From IMG/VR virus record IMGVR_UViG_3300027793_000055, positions 1 to 64,000 of that record: a stretch of DNA of 64,000 nt; one strand, written 5' to 3'. The stretch comes from a virus. Within the stretch, counting starts at the first letter, position 1. Every line of letters starts with the position of its first letter. Shown here one piece after another: positions 56,674-64,000 of this stretch. The notes beneath the pieces were generated by a model. The model searched no databases. It worked only from the letters and a program-made list of their open reading frames with translations, and had not been told where the DNA came from. The translations under genes and the position numbers were made by a program.

Positions 56674-57707
56674 TTCTCCATAAACGGATTCAAATCCTCT
56701 GTTAAATAAAGGATTGCATCTACAGTTAATACAGGACTGTCCAGTTTGTTAAATGGTAAATTAACTGCAGCACCAACTGCAAAGTTAGTTTTTACAAATG
56801 GTGGAACAAAATGATAATTTAATCCAACACCAAGTCTTGAATTTTGTAAACTACCCTTTAATGGTTCTGAAACATCAGCTGATACTTTTCCATATACTCC
56901 AATATTAGCATAATCAATATATCTACCTAAATTAGCTACTTCAAAACCAATTCCTGGCTGTAATGCAATATCAAATGTTGCTAATGGTCTAAATGTAAAC
57001 ACATCAACTAATTTCTTTTGTTTTTCTTCCAACTTCTCATTTACGTATTTAAATTCACTTTCTTTAATAGAAACAGAAGAATCTGGTATTAAATTACCTT
57101 CGCTATCTACTTCATCTATTGATACTCGACGAACCTGAATATTTCCTGTTTTATCCTTGAATACTTCGCCTTTTACTTTTATATTCTGAGAATAAGAGAA
57201 TCTTTCGTTGTTTTTAACAAATATATCTGGATCATCAAGTCTGAAACGTTTTAAAGTATCCTCCCAGAAATAATCAACAACCGGTTGCTTTTCTGATGGT
57301 AAGCCGGGACAAACAACTGTTCCGGTACCAGAATTACCACCATTCAATTTGCCACGTAATGTGGCAATTGTACGATCACGACTTCTTATATCTAAATTAT
57401 ACTTCTCTCGTTCCTTCTCAAAGTCTTTATCTTTATCTGTTAACTGTCTCTTGTACTGTTCAGTTAGTTCTTTTTGTGTAACTAACTGTGAATCAGCCAA
57501 ACCTAAACTTTTATTAAAGTTTAAGATTTCTAGTTCATGATTTTTTTTAGTAGCTTCTAACTGTAAAGTTAATGCATTTACTTTTTTATTTTGTTCATTT
57601 AACGTAACACCTAAAAATAATATAAACAATATAAGACAAAAAACCACACCAACAGAAAAAAAGGCTAAAAGCCTTTTATTTCTTTCTATTATATTCCATC
57701 GGTTCAT
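56670..57707 (-). CDS. Membrane-anchored coiled-coil protein, spanin candidate
   Basis: N-terminal TM helix, coiled coil, C-terminal amphipathic beta strands; directly after the holin-like gene. Confidence 0.5.
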   Translation of the reverse strand: MNRWNIIERNKRLLAFFSVGVVFCLILFILFLGVTLNEQNKKVNALTLQLEATKKNHELEILNFNKSLGLADSQLVTQKELTEQYKRQLTDKDKDFEKEREKYNLDIRSRDRTIATLRGKLNGGNSGTGTVVCPGLPSEKQPVVDYFWEDTLKRFRLDDPDIFVKNNERFSYSQNIKVKGEVFKDKTGNIQVRRVSIDEVDSEGNLIPDSSVSIKESEFKYVNEKLEEKQKKLVDVFTFRPLATFDIALQPGIGFEVANLGRYIDYANIGVYGKVSADVSEPLKGSLQNSRLGVGLNYHFVPPFVKTNFAVGAAVNLPFNKLDSPVLTVDAILYLTEDLNPFMEK

Positions 57708-57937
57708 TCTTGCACCGTGCCACCTTTCGCTTTTAAATAATTAATTACAAAGTTACTTGCTGCTTGTGAACCAATATATACCATACTCAATTGCATCCAC
57801 TGTTCACCAGTAATATAGCCAAGTGGTACACCAATTGTACCAATAAACCAAACAAGTAACTTTCTACTTATAATCTTCTGTAAACCTCTGTCAACGACAG
57901 CGTTTCTTATCATTAATTTTGTTTCATCTGACATCAT
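57704..57937 (-). CDS. Holin-like two-TM protein
   Basis: ISRKLLVWF..W...YIGSQAA pattern; start reassigned after GAGGT RBS. Confidence 0.6.
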   Translation of the reverse strand: MMSDETKLMIRNAVVDRGLQKIISRKLLVWFIGTIGVPLGYITGEQWMQLSMVYIGSQAASNFVINYLKAKGGTVQE

Positions 57938-57945
57938 TAAGCACC

Positions 57946-60540
57946 TCAAATATTCACCTTGGCAAAGCCACCGGATGATTCAATAATTATCTGTTCATCA
58001 ACAATATCTTTTAGTGCATCAAGATGTGAAATAAGAATAATTGCTTTGAATTGATTTTTAATTATATCAATTATTCTTACGAAACCTTCCATGTTCTCTT
58101 CATCCAAAGCCGTTGCTGGTTCATCAAGCACAAATAAATCACCAACTGGCAAGTTACTTACTTTAATAAGTGCAAGTCTGATAGCAATTGCGGCAATACT
58201 CTTTTCTGCTCCTGAACCCAATTCAATTGGACGTGGATCATATTTTGGATGCCGGATATAGATATCAAGTTTCTTGCCATCGTCTTCAAAGAAGATCTCA
58301 AAGTTAACAATATTTGATAGAATTTTAGCTATCTCTTGATTAATAACAGGAAGTCTCTTCTTGATAATATCATAAACAATTCCATTGCTATGCATAGTTT
58401 TTAAGAATAGATCATAAGCAAGGAATTCATCACGCAAATTGGCTAATTCAACCTTTTCACGTTCAAGTGTTTCCTTTTTATTTACCAATGAACCGTGTTC
58501 ACGATAAAGTTTTTGACTATCATTTTCGCAAGCTTCTAATGATATTTGAGATAAAATAATTTTTGTATCTATCTCTTTTTGCTCCTTTTTAATTTCTAAT
58601 AATTGCAACATCCAAGCTTCATTTTCGTGGTATACTTTTTGTAGATTTTCTAAATCTACCAACTCTTTTTCACAGGATACAAGACGATTCTTTGCTTTTT
58701 CCAATTTTAACTGGAAATCAGAAATTTCTTTTTCTAAAGTATTAAGGCTTGAATTTAATTGCTCAAATTTATTGATATGTTTCTGGGTTTCATCATTTTT
58801 AATCTTTTCTTCAACCTCTTTTAAAAGAGTTTCATTCTGAAGCAATTCTTTTTCTGTTTCTGGTACTATTTCTCGCTCTTTTGCTGCATCAACAAGAAAC
58901 TTACAGGATAAAAATTTATCACCACACGGAACGTTATCAAGAATAGAAATCTTTTTCTGTTGTTCACTCTGTTGTTTCTGCAGCATTTTAACGGCAGATT
59001 CAAGAAGAACAGCGTTTTTATTAAGTTTCTCTAATTCTTTTTTATCATTCTTGAGCTTTTCGTAATCATATTTTAGTAAAGATTCACTCAATTGAGTAAT
59101 AACCGGTTGACGCTTATCAATTTCCTTCTTATATTCCAGATTTTTATTATTAATTGTTTCTATCTCATCCTTTTTAGAGGAGATATCTTTTATAAGTTTA
59201 GCAATATCAATAAATTCCTGTTTTGGACCAGAAGCAATTTTACCTTTTAGTTCTGAAAGGTGAATATGGTGGTTATGAAGTTCTTCTTTCAGTTCTCCAC
59301 ATTTTGTTTTATTACGTTCTGTAAGAATTTCATTATCAACAATATCTGTAAGTGTCTTTGAAATTTCTGCATCAAAGTCTTTTCCTTCAAGACGTTTGAT
59401 GGCACCTTTCAAAAGGGCACTTTCATCTTTTGCTAATTTAAACTTCTTATCAAAGTGTTCAAGATCAAGGAATTTACCAAGAATCTCTTTACGTTTTGTT
59501 GAACCTTCATTAATAAATGCAAGTGAACCAACCTGACTTGTCATCGAGGTCAGAAGAAAATCATCAATTGTACCAAATACTTTACGGATATTTGCATCTG
59601 TTTCATTACGATCCAGACCATTTAGACTTTCTTTTTCACCCGTTGCATTATCAATAACTGAGAAATCAAGTGAAGTTTTAGCTTCAACTGTTTCTTCACC
59701 GTGTAATTTCTTTGTGTATTTCTTAGCTTCACGAGTAATACAATAGGTCTTATTATCAATCTGAATCTCAACGTAGCCGGATGCTTCATCACGATTCTGA
59801 TTAATAATATCAACATTCTTACGAACATTCTTTGAAATAGAATTAAAGATTGTCCAAAGAATAGAATCTACAACACTTGATTTACCGCTGTAATTCTTGC
59901 CAAAGATACCAAGAACACCATTGATATTAGTAAAGTCAACACTATTACCGGTTCCGTAGTTAAAAAGATTATTCCATTCAACTTTTTTAATTTTCCAATG
60001 CACGTTACGAGCAATATCATCACTTTGCTCGGCAAGTGTATTGTATTTACGGTTGAATTCAAATACCTTTTCTAATACAGTATCATTTAGCTTGTAGTCT
60101 TTTAGATATTCACCAATAAGTTTCTCTTGGGTTGCAAGATCGCGAAGGTTTTCGTGTTCAACTTCATTTGATAACTCTTCAACAGAAATACGCTTGCCGG
60201 GTTTATTCTGAACCGTTACTGATTCGGGTTTAAATCGATTCTTAGCGATATCTACAGACTTCTTGAGTGCTTGGAGGGAAATGTGATTATTCGACACCAA
60301 ACGCAGTTTAGCGCCTTCCTGAATAGCAATATCATCTGGAATATTACCATCTGGTGTAAGTTCAACTGTAATAAACGGTGTTGGGTGTGGAATAGCAACA
60401 TGGTTTACTGAGAATGCGTCTTTATCCTCAATTTCCCAAATTAAGAAACCCTTATCATTTGTTTCACCAAAGTTCTGCTGAACAGTTGAGCCAGGATATA
60501 CAAAATATGGTTTTTTTCTAATAATTTTAATTTTAGACAT
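57946..60540 (-). CDS. sbcC: C-terminal part of SbcD nuclease fused to SbcC/gp46-like ATPase
   Basis: N-terminal YPGSTVQQNFGE (Mre11/SbcD last motif); Walker A GKNYSGKS, long coiled coil with CxxC hook, LGSGAEK, VLDEPATALD. Confidence 0.9.
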   Translation of the reverse strand: MSKIKIIRKKPYFVYPGSTVQQNFGETNDKGFLIWEIEDKDAFSVNHVAIPHPTPFITVELTPDGNIPDDIAIQEGAKLRLVSNNHISLQALKKSVDIAKNRFKPESVTVQNKPGKRISVEELSNEVEHENLRDLATQEKLIGEYLKDYKLNDTVLEKVFEFNRKYNTLAEQSDDIARNVHWKIKKVEWNNLFNYGTGNSVDFTNINGVLGIFGKNYSGKSSVVDSILWTIFNSISKNVRKNVDIINQNRDEASGYVEIQIDNKTYCITREAKKYTKKLHGEETVEAKTSLDFSVIDNATGEKESLNGLDRNETDANIRKVFGTIDDFLLTSMTSQVGSLAFINEGSTKRKEILGKFLDLEHFDKKFKLAKDESALLKGAIKRLEGKDFDAEISKTLTDIVDNEILTERNKTKCGELKEELHNHHIHLSELKGKIASGPKQEFIDIAKLIKDISSKKDEIETINNKNLEYKKEIDKRQPVITQLSESLLKYDYEKLKNDKKELEKLNKNAVLLESAVKMLQKQQSEQQKKISILDNVPCGDKFLSCKFLVDAAKEREIVPETEKELLQNETLLKEVEEKIKNDETQKHINKFEQLNSSLNTLEKEISDFQLKLEKAKNRLVSCEKELVDLENLQKVYHENEAWMLQLLEIKKEQKEIDTKIILSQISLEACENDSQKLYREHGSLVNKKETLEREKVELANLRDEFLAYDLFLKTMHSNGIVYDIIKKRLPVINQEIAKILSNIVNFEIFFEDDGKKLDIYIRHPKYDPRPIELGSGAEKSIAAIAIRLALIKVSNLPVGDLFVLDEPATALDEENMEGFVRIIDIIKNQFKAIILISHLDALKDIVDEQIIIESSGGFAKVNI

Positions 60541-61200
60541 TCAGAAATCCTTTAAAGTATTCAAAATCAAACTTGCTTTTTCTTTTTTTCTTTTAAAGCC
60601 CAAGTCATCTTCAAAAGCATAAAGATAATTTATAAGTTTCAGGCTATCTTTTTGATTTGTGATTCTTATTTGTGAATAAGAGGACTTTTGTTTTTTTACT
60701 CTTCTAATAGAATATTTAATATTTAAGTTTTTATATATATTTTCCAAAAAAGTCCAATCTTGTTCGTATGTACTTGTTGCTGTACACTGGACTGCTTTAC
60801 TGATATTATTAAAATAGAAGCAGCCATCACCATCCCAATATCCTCTTAACCAATAATTTTTTAAATTATCTGGTATTTTTTGTAAAATTTTATCCGCACT
60901 TGCATATGATTTTTTATCATAATCGTTATTTTTCAAAAACATTGAAAATTCTTTATTAGATATGTGGTAAACCATTTGCGGTTTCCAGTCTTCTCTATTG
61001 CGATATCTTATATTCCATTCTCCGGTATCTAGAAAAACTTTTCTTAAAGATTCTATATCCTCTTTAACACTCTCTAGAGAAATCATATTACCGCACATTG
61101 AGCCATCTGCCCATAGTAGACCGAGAATATAGCAAGTATATTCATTGATATTGTCTGTAAACAGATTGTTTTTAATATTATTAATTTTTTGTTTCGGCAT
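60541..61200 (-). mobile_element. Free-standing double-motif LAGLIDADG homing endonuclease inserted within sbcD
   Basis: YILGLLWADGS and WLRGYWDGDGC motifs; own RBS and ACTATTTA motif. Confidence 0.85.
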
Positions 61201-61251
61201 AGATCTCCTAGGTATTATTCATAAATAGTATAACTAGAAGCAATTAATAAT

Positions 61252-61905
61252 TTATTTTTTAATCCAACCCTGTTCAATATACAATGGTAGCTCTTCTTCG
61301 TCAATCTCTTTTTCTTCTATGCTCATTTCTTGAACAACCTGAAATGTCTTGTGGATATCGCCAGCCATTACATAATCGTGACCAGTAAAAGCAGAAATAT
61401 CATGATCACCATGATCCATAACATATCCCATATCTGTTAGAACACCAGATACAGAGCCGTGATAAAGAGCAATATTGATCTTTGATGGATCACTAATTTT
61501 CTGCCAATTTCCTTCATCAAAAATAGAAAGAACATTAAGAGTAATTTGTTCACTAATAGATACTTCACCTGAATCTTTTAAAAGATGAAGTTGGTTGTGT
61601 TGTAATGCTTGTACAATTGGTGTAATTGCATCCTGACGACCGCCATTTTTAAGGTTACCGTCGTGATTACCCAATAAGACATATGTGGGTGCAATATCTG
61701 CCAGATTCTTAAGGAATTCTGTTGCAAGTTCAAAGAATTCTGGACTTAATTGTGTTTTGGTATGTGCAATATCACCACAATGAACAATATAATCTACTTT
61801 TTGTTCACGTAGCTTGCTATAAATTTGTGAGAAAATCTCACGATATTCTTTATGAAATTTTAGGTTTCTTATGTGGGTGTCCGATAGATGGCAGATCTTA
61901 ATCAT
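61252..61905 (-). CDS. sbcD: N-terminal part of SbcD/Mre11/gp47-like metallophosphoesterase
   Basis: SDTH, CGDIAH, LGNHD, YHG, GDIHK motifs; the last motif lies in the downstream ORF. Confidence 0.9.
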   Translation of the reverse strand: MIKICHLSDTHIRNLKFHKEYREIFSQIYSKLREQKVDYIVHCGDIAHTKTQLSPEFFELATEFLKNLADIAPTYVLLGNHDGNLKNGGRQDAITPIVQALQHNQLHLLKDSGEVSISEQITLNVLSIFDEGNWQKISDPSKINIALYHGSVSGVLTDMGYVMDHGDHDISAFTGHDYVMAGDIHKTFQVVQEMSIEEKEIDEEELPLYIEQGWIKK

Positions 61906-62605
61906 CTTTTCTCCATATTTTATTATTTACAATATTCGAAATATTTGTGGCACAAGTATCAAAAATTAATGCTATATCTTTTAGCATCATTCCTTCTTTC
62001 GCCAATCTTCTTATTTCTTCTACTTTTTCCCAATTCAATTTAGAATGAGGGTTTTTTTCACCTTTTTTGCCATTACTGATTTTTATTTTTGTTTCTTCGC
62101 TTCTCTTACCTGTTGAATAAATTCCTTTTTTACCTTTATTCCAAGGAATTTGTCCTTTTTTAAATTTTGTTTTTATTTTATTTTTATGTTCGTCTGTTAG
62201 ATTTTTACCTTTATTCCAAGGATCCTTACCGAACATTCCATTATTTTCTACTACTTTCCCTTCTGAAATTATCTTTTTTGTTTCTTCGCTATGTTTTCCA
62301 TAAGAACCACCACCTTTTAGATTAAAACCTTTATCTAAATTTCTTGTTTCATAAAATATTATGAATCTATCTTCTTCTTCATCTAATTCTTTTTTGGAAT
62401 AACATTCTTTTAATATTTCCCACTCAAAATTTTCAATTCCATATTTTTTTATGGCGCTGTGAAAATAGTCATATTTAGGATTTTTACTTGCGTGTTTATG
62501 TTCGGAAACTCTTCTTGCTAAATGTTTAACGGTTTGTCCTATATAAAGTCTTCCGTCTATTTTTAAAGTTGCTTTATAAATTATTCCATATATTAATTTG
62601 CTCAT
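61898..62605 (-). mobile_element. Free-standing GIY-YIG homing endonuclease with NUMOD3-like repeats
   Basis: GIIY..LYIGQT, R..EH, HSEETK and PWNKGK repeats, C-terminal HTH. Confidence 0.88.
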
Positions 62606-62662
62606 ATATCAGATACTCCTATATTAATTAGTATCTATCTGAAATATGTGCAATTTTATACA

Positions 62663-63601
62663 TTAAATCACCAACTTGAATGCTTTTTGAATAAACGAGT
62701 CTTGTGTCATTAGGGTTGCTCGTTTTTTACGACGTGAAAATTCAAGTGTTGACATTTCACCAACATCTTTATACCCCGTCACGTCTATCTTGTAAAGTTC
62801 TACATCATACGACATTAAACTACGAATAAGGTAGTTTGTCTTTCTCTCTGCATCTGGATCTAGTGCAATATAGATCGGAGTATCATGTTTTGTTATTTCC
62901 TGAAATAGTTTAGAATCTTCTCTAAGAGTTGAACCTAATATTGGTACGGCGTTGCCTGCTTTAATGGCATCAAATACTCCTTCGACCAATACAAGATCAC
63001 TTTTCCAGTCAATAAACAAATCATTAAAAATAATATCTTTGCTTGTTGCTGGATTCATATAATTGGGTCTTTCTCCTGTATATGAGCGGGCAATAAAATA
63101 ATTGCAATATCCTTCACGATTAAAAGAAGGTACAATTATTCTATTTTTGTACATACCTTCCTTGCAATAGCCAATTTTCCAGCGAACAATATCTTCTTTT
63201 TCTAGGCCACGCTGTTGTAGGTATTTTAAAGGTTCTCTAGAAGAAAATGGTAAATTGTTATTTGCTAATGAAATAAATTCTTTTGGTAAAGAAATATGAC
63301 TTTCTTCTATCTTCTTGGTTGGAAAAAGAATATCTACAAGTGATTGGCTGATTTCTACTTCACCAGTTAAAGTTTCCCAAGTATGTTTTTGAGAAAAATT
63401 ACCATATTTACGAACTAATCTGCTTAGATTTGTGCCTTTATAATTGCAAAGCCAACATTTAAATACATTTTTTTGAATATTGACAGAAAGTTTTTTCTTT
63501 TCACTTTTACACTTTGGGCAGTAAAAAAGTAATTCCCCACCTTGTCGGAGGGGATTACCTAAAATATCAACTAAGATCTGCTGTTTCTGTTCTTGTGACA
63601 T
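62663..63601 (-). CDS. DNA primase (Zn finger + TOPRIM)
   Basis: CPKC..CWLC, VEGVFDA, ALDPDA. Confidence 0.9.
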   Translation of the reverse strand: MSQEQKQQILVDILGNPLRQGGELLFYCPKCKSEKKKLSVNIQKNVFKCWLCNYKGTNLSRLVRKYGNFSQKHTWETLTGEVEISQSLVDILFPTKKIEESHISLPKEFISLANNNLPFSSREPLKYLQQRGLEKEDIVRWKIGYCKEGMYKNRIIVPSFNREGYCNYFIARSYTGERPNYMNPATSKDIIFNDLFIDWKSDLVLVEGVFDAIKAGNAVPILGSTLREDSKLFQEITKHDTPIYIALDPDAERKTNYLIRSLMSYDVELYKIDVTGYKDVGEMSTLEFSRRKKRATLMTQDSFIQKAFKLVI

Positions 63602-63609
63602 ACCTTAAC

Positions 63610-63638
63610 AAACTACCACAGAAAGCGCGGGGTGTCAA
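63610..63638 (-). promoter_or_regulatory. Sigma70-type promoter TTGACA-N17-TAGTTT upstream of primase
   Basis: Direct reading; same CTTGAC..GTGG context as the other early promoters. Confidence 0.65.
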
Positions 63639-63666
63639 GTAGTCGTGTGGGTTATTATATTAGTGT

Positions 63667-63993
63667 TTAGGCAGGAAATCCTCGACCTTCAATTTCTATT
63701 TCTAATTGGACACCACTTCCGGAAACTACCAAAGTATCAGTCAGATCTAAAAAACCACTATACGATAGAGTAAAACCTGCCGTTAATGGATCTCCAAAAA
63801 ATATTAAATTTGGGTTATCAATAGAAAAACCTGGATTACCAATACTGGCAATTGCCGTGAAGCCTTCGCCTTCCGGTACGTTGAGTGCTTGAACACTAAA
63901 AAAAACTGAAGAACCGGCATTTATTGTTGCTGTTGATGGTGTTATTACTAATTCAACCGGTTGCTGTGTTTCTATAGATCGATAAAAAAACAT
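63667..63993 (-). CDS. MFFY-leader small beta-rich (Ig-like?) protein
   Basis: Starts ATG TTT TTT TAT like the cassette genes; beta-strand pattern. Confidence 0.6.
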   Translation of the reverse strand: MFFYRSIETQQPVELVITPSTATINAGSSVFFSVQALNVPEGEGFTAIASIGNPGFSIDNPNLIFFGDPLTAGFTLSYSGFLDLTDTLVVSGSGVQLEIEIEGRGFPA

Positions 63994-64000
63994 ATTATAT

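Noticed and set aside
990-57540. Numerous plus-strand ORFs of 60-170 aa in the ORF track
   Set aside because: They lie antisense to well-supported minus-strand genes, lack RBSs and recognisable motifs, and read like reverse-frame shadows.
60541-61330. Group I intron or intein explaining the sbcD interruption
   Set aside because: The non-coding flanks are only 51 nt and 0 nt, no P3-P7-like pairing is visible, and the upstream fragment ends in a stop codon, which is incompatible with an intein.

Overview
The window is a 64-kb, AT-rich segment of a large T4-superfamily-like myovirus (contractile-tailed phage) genome. Essentially all real genes are on the minus strand. Reading right to left (direction of transcription), it contains: primase; a GIY-YIG homing endonuclease; an SbcD/SbcC (gp47/gp46-like) nuclease split by a LAGLIDADG endonuclease; holin and spanin-like genes; an Hc1-like protein; terminase, portal, prohead protease, phage ribosomal protein bS21, a 1172-aa fibre, scaffold and major capsid protein; an array of accessory cassettes; neck, tail sheath/tube, tail chaperones, tape measure and baseplate genes; a replication block (compact family-A polymerase, tubulin/FtsZ-like protein, SSB, RecA, deaminase, 5'-3' exonuclease, helicase, RNase H-like, NrdAB, GroES); and a zone of small early genes with two endolysins. 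Most notable observations: (1) an array of 'MFFY'-leader cassettes (Gly-rich, 7-blade FG-GAP propeller, LamG), each bounded by a repeated terminator plus putative late promoter, with a deletion scar showing turnover; (2) an SbcCD gene cut in two by a free-standing endonuclease with no intron structure; (3) a likely +1/-2 programmed frameshift in the tail chaperone gene; (4) a candidate late-promoter motif ACTANTTA upstream of about 15 genes; (5) bS21 plus an unannotated 31-aa K/R-rich peptide; (6) several unannotated small ORFs and a frameshifted deaminase. No tRNA, rRNA or CRISPR array was recognised. All family assignments come from motif recognition by eye, not from database searches.
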